Source: Octopus sinensis
Lineage: Eukaryota
Direction: 5' to 3'
DNA length: 64,000 nucleotides
Assembly (NCBI RefSeq): GCF_006345805.1
Contig: NC_043006.1
Span: 19,468,001-19,532,000, forward strand
Below the pieces are notes generated by a model. It saw only the letters and a list, made by a program, of their open reading frames with translations, made no database searches and was not told the DNA's origin. Made by a program: the position numbers and the translations under genes. Below are positions 37,741-50,034 of the stretch, piece by piece; positions within the stretch are counted from its first letter, which is position 1, and every line of letters starts with the position of its first letter.

Positions 37741-38165
37741 CGACTGCTCTCTATTGTCAGAGGTGGATTAGCGCAACCGGTCAGCGGTTGCTGTGAAAAA
37801 GGTGGTGGAACGAAAAAGGGGACAAAGAATTAGTTTAGGAGTTATGTACCTTGGTTGGGTGTGCTGTGAAGCCGGCAAGAGTTATCTTGCAGTGGGGAAA
37901 GTGTGTATTATTAATGTGGTGTTCCTGTATGGATGGGTTGTGTGGTATGTGTAGCGATGTCATGTGTATAATTTTTTCTGGGGGTGTAAATTTATACAGC
38001 TGTGTTCGTTGATCTGTTTACTTTCTGTAAACAATAAAGTCGTGGGTGGGATTATGTTAGTGTGCGTTGAGTTATGAGTGTATGTGAGATCTGTGTATAT
38101 GTGGAGGTACAATTTGTGTGAAGGGGTATATGTTGGGGTGGGAAATACAGTTTATTTTGGAGGTG

Positions 38166-38554
38166 TGACTGTGGTCATGCTGGAGCACCGCCTTTAGTCG
38201 AGCAAATCGTCGCCAGGACTTATTCTTTGTAAGCCTAGTACTTATTCTATCGGACACTTTTGGCGAACCGCTAAGTTACGGGGACGTAAACACACCAGCA
38301 GCGGTTGTCAAGCGATGTTGGGGGGCCAAACAGAGACTCACAAACGTATACATACACAGGCACATATATATATATATATATACATATATACGACGGGCTT
38401 CTTTCAGTTTCCGTTTACTAAATCTACTCACAAGGCTTTGGTCGGCCCTAGGCTATAGTAGAAGACACTTGCTCAAGGTGCTACGCAGTGGGACTGAACC
38501 CGGAATCATGTGGTTCGTAAGCAAGCTACTTACCACACAGCCACTCCTACGCCT
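38166..38554 (-). mobile_element. SINE family B
   Basis: Near full length. Confidence 0.9.
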
Positions 38555-38797
38555 ATAAACGTAAAGACAGGCGAAATACCACAAGGGGCTAAACACAGAG
38601 CGGACAAACAAGAACAGACAAATGGATTAAGTCGATTACATCGACCCCTGTGCATAACTGGTACTTAATTTATCGACCCTGAAAGCATGAAATGCAAAGT
38701 CGACCTCGGCGGAATTTGAACTCAGAACGTAACGGCAGACGAAATACTGCTCAGCATTTCGCCTGGCGTGGTAACGCTTCTGCCAGCTCGCCACCTT
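38555..38797 (-). mobile_element. SINE family C
   Basis: Head ctgccagctcgccacc on minus strand. Confidence 0.88.
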
Positions 38798-38901
38798 ACA
38801 TATATATATAAAGGCAAAGTTTACGAAAATAAACAAAAGACGAAGGCAGGTGGAGTACAAACAGACAAATGTATTAGTATAGCGCTCAGGAATAGAAAAA
38901 G

Positions 38902-38939
38902 TCTTTTACGTTTCGAGCCTACGCTCTTCGACAGAAAGA
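38902..38939 (-). ncRNA. Minimal hammerhead-like motif (CUGUCGA core, no stem III loop) in a TA-flanked element at 38811-39020
   Basis: Minus: tcttt CTGTCGA a GAGC gtag GCTC GAAAC GTA aaaga. Confidence 0.7.
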
Positions 38940-39037
38940 TACACAGAAAAAAACAAGGAGAGAAAAAATGCATTTAGGAGCTAACAATCTATCATGGCGT
39001 CCTGACTTCGGACAGTGGTCATATATATATATATATA

Positions 39038-39492
39038 TTATCATTAATTAAAATCTTAGGGTAGCAAGAATATTAATCGAAAAATTCTTAGTTACCAGCG
39101 GTCTAGCGAGAAAGAAAAAATAAGTCAATAGACTATATACTATTTAAAGAATACAGTGCGCGTTCAAATACAAAAGAGATACCCGAAGAATAGGATATCT
39201 AACTCGCTAGAAAGAGCAGTTAAAGCTCCGTACCTATGTGTTCAGTCCTGGCAACCTGCTGAAGAAGCAGGGCCAGATATAGACTGAAATTATTTTCTTT
39301 CAGTCTGTATTTAAGTCTGCAGAAACCTTGCAGGGTCTAGGATTAAGGTAAAAGTTTTTATTTTTCCAATCACTTTCGGAATTGCAACAATTAGTGGCTT
39401 GGAGTTTTAACTGATCTTTCTAGCGAGTCAGATATCCTATTCTTCGGGTATCTCTCTTGTGTTTGAACGTACACTGTATTCTTCTTTGAATT
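39038..39492 (+). mobile_element. Hammerhead-bearing foldback element in (TA)n
   Basis: Arms 39147-39229/39401-39483; left extension with ccagcggtctag; HHR in the loop. Confidence 0.8.
39255..39341 (+). ncRNA. Type I hammerhead ribozyme
   Basis: cctg CTGAAGA a gcag...(agactgaaa/tttcagtct inner stem)...ctgc a GAAAC cttgcagg GTC tagg. Confidence 0.82.
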
Positions 39493-40388
39493 ATATATAT
39501 ATATCGGTTATTTTTATATTGTCGTGCAGTATGATATATTCGCATCTTCAAGTGAAAGCAATTGCAACTTTCTGATTGGTTATATTAAATAACCAAGAAT
39601 ACTCAATAAAACAAAGTGTGTGTGTGTGTGTGGTGTGTGTGTGTGGTGTGTGTGTGTGTGTGTGGTGTGTGTGTGTATTGTACTGCAATATTTCAAGCAG
39701 TAGTGAACGATGCAAATTTGACGGAGAGAAAAAGTATTCGTAAACAATATATCTATTCTATAGATATAGATGACTGGTGATCAGAAAAAACAATGCCAAA
39801 GGTAATACGTTAATGATTTGATTATTTAAAAACGTGAGACGAGGGAAATTACTGAAGATAACTGTTGGCAATAATCTAAATGAAGATGTCATGTGCAGAA
39901 CTCAAAACATTCTCATTTACTTGATATATTCAATATTAGTTGAAGAAAGGAAAAAAAAACCCAAGGTGAAACCGTTAGTTATTCTCAAAGAAGATAATTT
40001 CAAAAACTTCAAAATTGGTCTCACGTAATTATTTTCTCTACTTAGAGAAATAATTGATTGTATAAAATTAATTCTTTATTTATTTAAACTATCACCTCTT
40101 TTCTTTCTGAATCGCGAAAAATTACTGTTGTTAATTTGATTTTGGAGGAGGTGTTTTGCAAAAAAAATGGAAATTTTTAATTAATTAAGATTTTTAGTGC
40201 ATTAGACATCCGGCAAAGCGCTCCTTAACTTATTTAAACTAATCTCAAAAATAAATACCTATCTGAAGAATTATTAATCTAACGGTAAAGTTTCAAAATC
40301 TATCGGTGATATCTTCACAGTCATATCGGTGCTGTCCGTTATAAAAGGGTATCAACATATTTGAATATCACTTCTTCCAAAAGATTAT

Positions 40389-40588
40389 ACTCTCTTTTTA
40401 CTCTTTTACTTGTTTCAGTCATTTGACTGCGGCAAATCGACCCCGGAACTTATTCTTTGTAAGCCCAGTACTTATTCTATCGGTCTCTTTTTGCCGAACC
40501 GCTAAGTGACGGGGACGTAAACACACCAGCATCGGTTGTCAGGCAATGCTAGGGGGACAAACACAGACACACAAACACACACACATAC

Positions 40589-40639
<51 letters not shown>

Positions 40640-40802
40640 TACGACAGGCTTCTTTCAGTTTCCATCTACCAAATCCACTCACAAGGCATTGGTCGGCCCG
40701 GGGCTATAGCAGAAGACACTTGCCCAAGGTGCCACGCAGTGGGACTGAACCCGGAACCATGTGGCTGGTTAGCAAGCTACTTACCACACAGCCACTCCTG
40801 CG
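40389..40802 (-). mobile_element. SINE family B
   Basis: Near full length, small deletion in the tail. Confidence 0.9.
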
Positions 40803-40921
40803 AAGGTCTAGAAATTATTATATGTTATGTTTAGGAACTTCTTGTTCTAAACAAGCTGCAAAGGACTCTTTCCATTTTCACTTCCTTCTCTCTCGCTATT
40901 TATCTAACAACTTACTTATTT

Positions 40922-41072
<151 letters not shown>

Positions 41073-41678
41073 ACTATACGCAGTTGCAACAACCTCTGAT
41101 TAACTCATCGGTGTATGAAATGTGTATCCGAATTTGGAAGGGCCTAGTGGCAACATTTTGTGTGAGAGAAAAACTTCAAAGAGACTTGTTTGTAAAACCG
41201 CAAGGGATTCGCTCATAACACTAGTGGCTCACGAGAGAGTTTTTTTTTTTTTACATGATTTTGTCTTCCTTGTGGCGAATATCCATCCTGGACTATCTCA
41301 TCGAAATCGGAATGATTGTGCTGATACAGAAATCAGTAAACAAAACATATACTGATTTGTGCGTAAGCTAGCCGGGATAGAATTAAATTAATAAATGCAT
41401 TTCAGATAGCTTTATATTGAATTACCGCTATGTATGGTATTTATAATCTGAATACATATGTGGAATAATACTAGTTGTATTATTTTATCTCAGAAAAAAA
41501 TCTCAGATATAGTGATGTGTTAAAAACCTTCCTTCAGAACGTTGGCAGATCGCCGAACAGATGTTTCGATTTAATTCAGTTTTCTCAGTAACGAATTTTC
41601 TCCTATTTGTTTTATCAAATATTATCAGGTTTGTTGCATTCTTTACTTGAGCATTTTTATGGCCTCTCTCTCTCTCTC

Positions 41679-41767
<89 letters not shown>

Positions 41768-41924
41768 GAAATTTTTAGCTTACGCGTTGCTTTCATCTGC
41801 ACTACTAAGTGTACATTTGCAGTTCTGCGGCTTCACTCTCTCTTAATACTTTTTTCATTTTGTTCAACGCAGTAAGGATTGTACAAGCTCGTCTCTTTAC
41901 GACTTCTACTACTACTACTACTAC

Positions 41925-41968
<44 letters not shown>

Positions 41969-41980
41969 TAATAATAATAA

Positions 41981-42211
41981 TACGCAAAATACTTTCTATG
42001 TAATCTCAAGGTTTAAAACAAACATAATTTTCGGTTTTTAAAAAAAAAAATTTTTTTTAGACATTCATTAGTACAACACCAAAACAAAACCCCCCAAATA
42101 TATGGCACACTAGGCATAACAACAACATGAACTTCCAACCTGTTGTCTCTTGAGGTCTCTGGGTAAGACTTGGAGCCAACTTGTACAAATATAAAGCAAA
42201 AGTCAAACATA

Positions 42212-42212
<1 letters not shown>
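41981..42212 (+). mobile_element. Dong/R4-type LINE extreme 3' end inside (AAT)n
   Basis: RKILSM* ORF end, UTR gaggtctctgggtaagacttgg, (AAT)n on both sides. Confidence 0.7.
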
Positions 42213-42270
<58 letters not shown>

Positions 42271-42279
42271 TCTACAATA

Positions 42280-42437
42280 GGCACAAGGCCTGAAATTTCG
42301 GGGAAAGGGATAGTCGATTACGTCGACCCCAGTACACAGCTGGTACTTAATTTATCGACCCCTAAAGGATGAAATGCAAAGCCGACCTCGGCGGAATTTG
42401 AACTCAGAGCGTAAAGACGGCGAAAATGCTGCTAAGC
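42280..42437 (-). mobile_element. SINE family C, partial
   Basis: ctggtacttaatttatcgacc...ggaatttgaactcag. Confidence 0.8.
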
Positions 42438-42482
42438 AAGAGGGTTTTTTCAACATATTTACATGCCTTCATATCTATCTAC

Positions 42483-42513
<31 letters not shown>

Positions 42514-43252
42514 CCTATCTGTCTGTCTGTCTGTCTGTCTGTCCGTATACATATGTGCATATGTATGTGTGTATGTGTGCCCGAATATGTGTTGATGCAC
42601 CCACATATAAATAGTATGCAAATAGTGTTAAAACCGTGAGTAATGACACAGTTGTCAGTGGAGATATTTAAATCGATCTGCCGAGGGTGTTACTTGGTTT
42701 GTACGGTGAGTTCTACAGAACTCACTGCAAGGTTAAACATTTAACGATTTAGATGGTGTCAAATTTATGCTGATGGAATATTTAGATTGCCTGGTAAATA
42801 GACAAAGGTCATTAATAATAATGGAAATTATTTCAGTGACTAAAATTTATTGAAAGATAAATTATTTATATCCCTTTTTGCATATTAAAATACATTCATA
42901 ACTTTCCAGACAACCTAATACAAACGGGTTAAAAATTTTGTCTGACACCCTAATGATCTTTCCATCAAAAGCAATTTTCTTCAAGAAAAAATACAAAAAT
43001 TATATTTCTAAAGGGAAACGTAATCACAATTGCTAAAAATTTATATAGGGTGCATTTTAAAAAGAAATTATGTCGTTGGGAAAGTAACCTTTTTGAAAGT
43101 TACCTGGTGTAGAGTCTGACAGAAATCATACCTCTAAGAACTTTATATACCCGAAGGCAATTGAATTGAAATATTCATTCCATATATCTTAAATAAAGGA
43201 AAACATTCCAATAGCAAAATGCGTAAAAGTACAATTTTATTTTACTTCATGC

Positions 43253-43396
<144 letters not shown>

Positions 43397-44330
43397 GTAA
43401 TCGCTACCTCATATGAGTGACAATGAAAAAACAAAATATTGTGAATAACGGTGGTAATGAAACTGAAACCAATGATGGTGACAGTGTTACACCCGGTAGG
43501 CTCAGAGATTCTGGTCCAGCTCCAGCCTGTCGATATCCAGAAAGGGACCACCACACACGGCGTAGATGGAGCAAGCAAATTAATGCTTTTGGCACGGAGA
43601 GTTACTGCCTGAGTAGCCCAGTAGATGAAAATGGTGCTCAGATTAGGGGTTACTGACAACGTATGTATGATTATTGGAGAGAAAAGGGATAGTTTAAACT
43701 CACGGAACAGCGACTATGTGATCAAGCTAGAGCAATAAGAAAAAGAATTGTTGGTTCACAGAAAGTAGAGCTCGAAGCTAGCAAAAGATTGGTCATATAA
43801 AATAGCAGCAGAGACCAGAATGAAAACACAGTTCTTACTAATAAGACTAATCTCATGGCGACATGACAGATGAACAAAAGGGAATCTACGACAGAATAAA
43901 GGCAAGACTACAGGAGAACGACAGCGACATTATTTGCAACCTTAAAAAGGTTGATCGATGGAAATTGAACGAAGAAACGAAAAACGTCAATGAAATTCTG
44001 AAATACATCAGAACAAACAATACCACAGGAACAAATAATTTGATCAAGGCAGCAAGTATTGTTGTAGCAGAAAACGTGGGTGTTGATGTCAAGAAAAAGA
44101 AACATAATGGGAGTTACAAAAGAAAAGATCCATGGTGGAAAAGAAGATTCCAGGCAGGGTTAGACATGCTCTCGAAGGATATCTCTGTGTTAGACTGTAA
44201 AGAAAAAGGGATTAAAAGCGAACAAAAATACAGGGTGTTGAAATATTTAAAGTCAAAGGTTTTGGAGTGACATCTGGAGCAAAGAAAAGGAGCACAAGAA
44301 GGATGTTGAATGTTTGCAAGCACTGAAACA
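43397..44330 (+). mobile_element. Dong/R4-type LINE 5' region directly after (AAT)n
   Basis: RRRWSK...GY.QRMY..W...EQRLCDQARAIRK...ELE...N.LIKAAS.VV...PWWKRR N-terminal domain, with stops. Confidence 0.72.
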
Positions 44331-44399
44331 AATAGTAGTCTGTCCAAAACAGGCAGAACTAGGCATTTTAGTTGGGCAAGTGAAGGAAATCAGCAAAAA

Positions 44400-44755
44400 A
44401 TGAGCCACTGGTAGAATGTGTTTATAAAACATCTTTTTCTCTTGGCTTTATTTAGAAAATTCTATAGTTTGTAAGATATTTGTTGTTGTTTTTTCTTCAA
44501 TTTCTGCAATTTGAACCAATCACTGACGTCTATTGAGGTAAAAAAACATTCTCTGCCATATGAATATGTCCCTCCTTTAAGAAACAGATTGGGTTTATTT
44601 TCATTTGTGAAGAAAAAAATATACCCTTCTCCCCACCCCTAACCCTAACTAACCCTAACCCTAAAACAGATTGAAATGCAATAGATCGATACTAGGGTCA
44701 TAATTATGGGTGACAATTTCATTTCACACCGCTAGAAAAAACTGCCGTTCAAACT
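44400..44755. repeat. Unclassified interspersed element with short (CCCTAA)n tract
   Basis: cccctaaccctaactaaccctaaccctaa at about 44636-44664. Confidence 0.45.
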
Positions 44756-44929
44756 GATTATGTATGCTCACACCATCTAAAATATGCAGGCAACATATTT
44801 TAAATACGTATATTTGCCATTTGAATATGGCTAACCCCTAAGGGTGGATGCTACTATAGTTTGTAGCCCCAGGAAGACACCTCCTCCAGCTGGCTATAGA
44901 CACACTTTCTGTGCCCTATCAGTATTTAT

Positions 44930-45315
44930 GAAATGCTTGGCGGTATTTCGTCTGCCGTTATGTTCTGAGTTCAAATTCCGTCGAGGTCGACTTTACCTTT
45001 CATCCTTTCAGGGTCGATTAAATAAGTACCAGTTACGCACTGGGGTCGATATAATCTACTTAATCCGTTTGTCTGTCTTTGTTTGTCCCCTCTATGTTTA
45101 GCCCCTTGTACAATAAAGAAATAACAATCGTTTGCAAGCCGGGTTAAAATTCTTGACGGCATTTCGTCCGTCTTTACGTTTTGAGTTCAAATTCCGCCGA
45201 GGTCGACTTTACCTTTCATTCTCTCGGGTCGATAAAATAAGTACCAGTTGTGTACTTGAGTCGATATAATCGACTTACTTCTTCCCTAAAATTACTGGTC
45301 TTGTGCTAACATTTG
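44930..45315 (+). mobile_element. SINE family C, dimeric
   Basis: Two core units. Confidence 0.85.
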
Positions 45316-45759
45316 AAATCAACAATTTCTGTAAGTCAGCACAATGTGTAAAACTTCAAATCGATCATATTTTAACTCTTCTTATTATTAAGTTGGTATC
45401 AGCTTCTCATATCAAATCTGAACCCTGAAAGATATGAGAAGTCATGGCTTCTTAGCAGCAGAAAACATGCTGATGAATCGATAACCAGAAAGAAGAGATC
45501 GCGGTGAAAGTAGACACCATGTATCATTATGGAACATTTTGTGGCGTAAAATAGGTGCCTAATTCATTTGATACATTTTTACATTGAAAAAATAAATTAC
45601 ATATGTATATTGGCTGTTCAATGAATATATGTGTATTCTACATGCAGCTAGACTTGTAAAGTTGTAAACTCTACGCTTTCATTAGAGGCAGGTTATCATG
45701 GCTGCGAGGGTATGGATGTGTGTATGTGTATGTGTGAGTATGTGTGTGTATGTGTGTGT

Positions 45760-45836
<77 letters not shown>

Positions 45837-46417
45837 TCTGACTTGTCATGGTGTTAGCTTTAAACTATTATTAGTGGTTTAGTGGCGGCTGGTAATTGCA
45901 TGTAAAATTATTTATTCTTGCATATGATATACAGGTGAGAAGTTGTAATCTTTAGTCTATTATCATTGATTGTGTTAGAAAAGAGATGTGTTGAGATATT
46001 TGCCGTTTGTATAGAAGATCACCTCAGGACATAATGGAAGTAAATTACAAATCTAACGCAACGATAAAATAGTTGAATTCAAAATAAACTGTCATTTAAA
46101 CAAAATTAAAAACAGTTGTACTCCTCTTTAACGACAACGGCTAATGCATTATTTAAACTTGTTTTAGAAATTTCAAAGAATCACAGACAGTAATAATTCT
46201 GTTAGTGAAATCATAAAAGATCAGTCGATCTTGTAGGAATTCAATCGCGATAACAAAATACCGACAAATGTAACGATAAAAAGACAAACTTCACAAAATA
46301 TTTTCCATGATTAAATATAGCAATGACAAAATAACAGGATGTGTCATCCAGCAGAATAATGTAAATACTGATGCCGCGGGTTTAAAGCTCACTGGGTGAA
46401 TGGTTAATTCACGTTTA

Positions 46418-46833
46418 CGGTGGCGAGCTGGCAGAAACGTTAGCACGCCGGGCGAAATGCATAGCAGTATTTCGTCTGTCGCAACGTTGTGAGTTCAAAT
46501 TCCGCCGAGGTCGACTTTGCCTTTCATCCTTTCGGGGTCGATAAATTAAGTACCAGTTACGCACTGGGGTCGATGTAATCGACTTAATACCTATGTCTGT
46601 CCTTGTTTGTCCCCTCTGTGTTTAGCCCCTTGTGGGTAATAAAGAAATAGGTATTTTGTCTGTCGCAACGTTCTGAGTTCAAATTCCGCCGAGGTCGACT
46701 TTGCCTTTCATCCTTTCGGGGTCGATAAATTAAGTACCAGTTACGCACTGGGGTCGATGTAATCGACTTAATACCTATGTCTGTCCTTGTTTGTCCCCTC
46801 TATGTTCAGCCCCTTGTGGGTAATAAAGAAATA
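46418..46833 (+). mobile_element. SINE family C dimer with TSD
   Basis: TSD ggYtaattcacgttta at 46402-46417 and 46834-46849. Confidence 0.93.
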
Positions 46834-48179
46834 GGCTAATTCACGTTTAATATTCCTGCAATAAGCAGAGCAGTAGAATGCAAGTATAACAAGTGATAGC
46901 CTGCAGCGGATAATAAAATGTAATATAGTCACAATTAACGAGCGAATATTACTCTGGCAGAATGAATCATGCTTTTGTTAACTGTTTTTAGATACCAAAC
47001 GTATTTACAAACAGATATAAACTTGTTCACGATCCTCTCACTCTTGGCGTAATGGATCATTATGCATTTGTCTACTGAAGGGAGAATGGGGCTGCTCCGG
47101 CAGACGTTTGGTACTCATTCTTGGACTGAATAAACTGGAGTAATGTGAAGTGAAGCACCTTACTCAGGGACATTATGTACAGGTTTTACTTAGTAACATC
47201 GTAGATCCCTGGGCAAGTAAATGCACAGGGTCATATAATATTTATTTACTGAAAGTAAGCCGCCGCATACATTAATCAGAATTGGGCCCCTAAAAGCTAT
47301 ATGCCCTTAGGTAATTGCCCGGTGTGCCCATGCTTTTAGACGGTACAGCTCATGGGTCATATGATCATGAACCTCGCACCCAGATCGCAAGACCAGGTAC
47401 TTTCACATGCAGTAGAAAATTGTGTGCACAAAGCAGCATCAATTTGCTGTCGATAAAACGTGAGCTAAGAACTGGGAAAAGCTTTTGATAAAGAAAGTTG
47501 CTGCTTGTAAATAAAAGCAAAAATACATACCAAACTGCGGGCACGAACTCCTAAACTAGGAGAAAGTAGCCACATGCCTTACCGACAAGAATATTTCTCT
47601 ATCTAAAACAGAAAATATATTTTAAAATTCGAAAGAAATAGAAAAAAAATGAGCGCAAAATTCCTTAAAAGCAATTTTTATCCAGGAAGCACATCACTAA
47701 AAACAAATATCAATAAAAAGAATACAAAATGCTAAAATACATAAAATTATTTAAAAAATCCATCAGAGCATAACTGTATCAATACTAGACGATTGAAGCT
47801 ATCTGTTTGGCAAATGCAATCGATAAATCAATATGACCAATAGTAAAAATTCCTCTCCGAATATAACACACAGGCACACACACATATATATATATATATA
47901 CTTGTGCGCCTGTGTGTGTGAATGCATGGGTTAGTATATATGAATATGCATATGTAGGTATGTAAGTATTTTATTTGTATGTATGTGAATGGGTATGAAT
48001 GCACATATGTGCGAGTCTTAATGTACAATCACGGATAAAGATACCGAATACTAAATGGAGGATCACAATACATTTAAGTAGATTTGCAAGTTTATTTTTA
48101 CAATCAAAATGTCAGTGACTTCGAAATTTTGTCGTGCGCAGAGATCGATAAGAGTATGTATACACACATACATGCTTAT

Positions 48180-48564
<385 letters not shown>

Positions 48565-48755
48565 GTTAATCCAAACAAGAAAACCAAAAAAAACTCAACA
48601 AACGCGAGGACGTGGAACAAAATAGTATTATTGGACGCTCAGGAAAGAAGGGAAGAAGGAGGGTTTAAAGTTCGAGCGTAGCTCTTCGTCGGAAGCATAG
48701 GAGAAGGAAAGATCCAGAGAAGGGAAGACAGAGGAAAAAAATCGCCAACGGTACA
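48565..48755 (-). mobile_element. TA-flanked element with decayed minimal hammerhead (48661-48696)
   Basis: Minus: CCGACGA a GAGC tac GCTC GAAC..; same layout as 38811-39020 (gtatta...cgctcagga). Confidence 0.6.
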
Positions 48756-48864
48756 TATATATATATATATTACCAGGTGGTGCTATTAAGTTAGACATGG
48801 ATTGGGCCAATAATGGCCGAAACCTATCAAAGTATCAAAGTATCAAAGTATATATGTATATATA

Positions 48865-49075
48865 CTTTATTTAAGCAGCAGAAAATTCAAAAAAATCGTA
48901 CTCTGAGTTTCTCGTTGCGTTCATCAGACAGTTTTGCTGTTGATGAACGGCAACGAGAAACTCGAGTAACAGATTTTGTTGAATTTCTGCTGCTTATTTG
49001 CTTTACTATAACCACTGGTATTTGAGTACTCTTTTTTCCACCTTGTTCACATTTATGTGTTTACTACGGTTATAT
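48865..49075. mobile_element. Foldback with two head-to-head hammerhead motifs
   Basis: Minus 48899-48931: ctgt CTGATGA acgcaacga GAAAC tcaga GTA; plus 48937-48972: ctgt TGATGA acggcaacga GAAAC tcga GTA acag; extension with accactgg. Confidence 0.78.
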
Positions 49076-49076
49076 A

Positions 49077-49107
<31 letters not shown>

Positions 49108-49539
49108 CCAATTAAGGACTGAACACGAAAAAGTGGACAGTCAACATGCTAGATATAGACGTCAAATCGCCATTCTCCACAAAAGGATTATGTTCTCAAA
49201 TCAAACTCGACACAAACCCAAGCAATAAACAAGTGAAAATATACGTAAAACAATACTCATCCATGTACTGAATCAGTTTCGACTATTATTATCCGTAAGG
49301 ATACCTGTAGTCTTCGTCAGCATGGCCGATATATTGCTTGGGTTTGTGTTGAGTTTGATCTGAGAACATAATCTTTTGTGGAGAATGGCGATTTGACGTC
49401 TATATCTAGCATGTTGACTGTCCACTTTTTCGTGTTCAGTCCTTAATTGGTATATATAAATATTTAATCTTCGGATTCTTTTTTAATATGCTAGACCACT
49501 GGTTTTAATTGATAAATATTGATTTCTACCCTTAATTAA

Positions 49540-49545
<6 letters not shown>
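49108..49545 (-). mobile_element. Hammerhead-bearing foldback element in (TA)n
   Basis: ~120-bp arms 49108-49227/49332-49450; extension with ctagaccactgg...ctacccttaattaat. Confidence 0.85.
49261..49325 (-). ncRNA. Type I hammerhead ribozyme, intact
   Basis: Minus: ccatg CTGACGA a GACTA cagg TATCC ttac GGATA ataa TAGTC GAAAC tgattca GTA catgg. Confidence 0.9.
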
Positions 49546-49596
<51 letters not shown>

Positions 49597-49607
49597 CATA
49601 TATATAT

Positions 49608-50034
49608 AGCAATAATAAATCTCTAAACGAGATATAAACAGTAACTGCTCTATAACATAAGGGGCCTTATGTTATAGAGCAGTTACTGTTTATATCTCGT
49701 TTAGAGATTTATTATTGCTTTCGAACGGTTTTTCTACACCAGTCAATGTGTTTTACTGTGAAAACCCTTAAATATAGCCTGTACAGAGAGTTATTCGTCG
49801 GAGAAAGCGGTGCTTACCATGCGTTGATAATAGGCAAATACCTTGAAACCTGGTCCGTATGTAGCATCCGCTTCTTCGGGGAATGACCTCCCTTTGCAGG
49901 CTAGAGAACACCGAGATGGCGTCAGCCCTTCTGGTGACGTTGATAATCGCCTGGGGCTAAATGCATCAGTAACACCCCCACCGCCCTGCCCTGTCCCTAG
50001 CCACATTCAGATGGCTAATGCCCCTTATGTCATA
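49608..50034 (+). mobile_element. Foldback plus ~358-nt unit with terminal direct repeat
   Basis: Palindrome 49608-49719; ccttatgtYata at 49665 and 50023; HHR inside. Confidence 0.75.
49818..49861 (+). ncRNA. Type I hammerhead ribozyme, U3:A8 variant
   Basis: catgcg TTGATAA t agg caaata cct t GAAAC ctg GTC cgtatg; stem I is 6 bp. Confidence 0.72.

Noticed and set aside
49729-49809. Alternative minus-strand hammerhead (CCGACGA...AAAAC...GTA)
   Set aside because: Stem II does not close, the register is off, and a better plus-strand fold exists at 49818-49861.
49998-50024. tagcca...tggctaatgcccc as an HDV-like ribozyme 3' end
   Set aside because: Could not build P1/P3/P1.1 in the required order.
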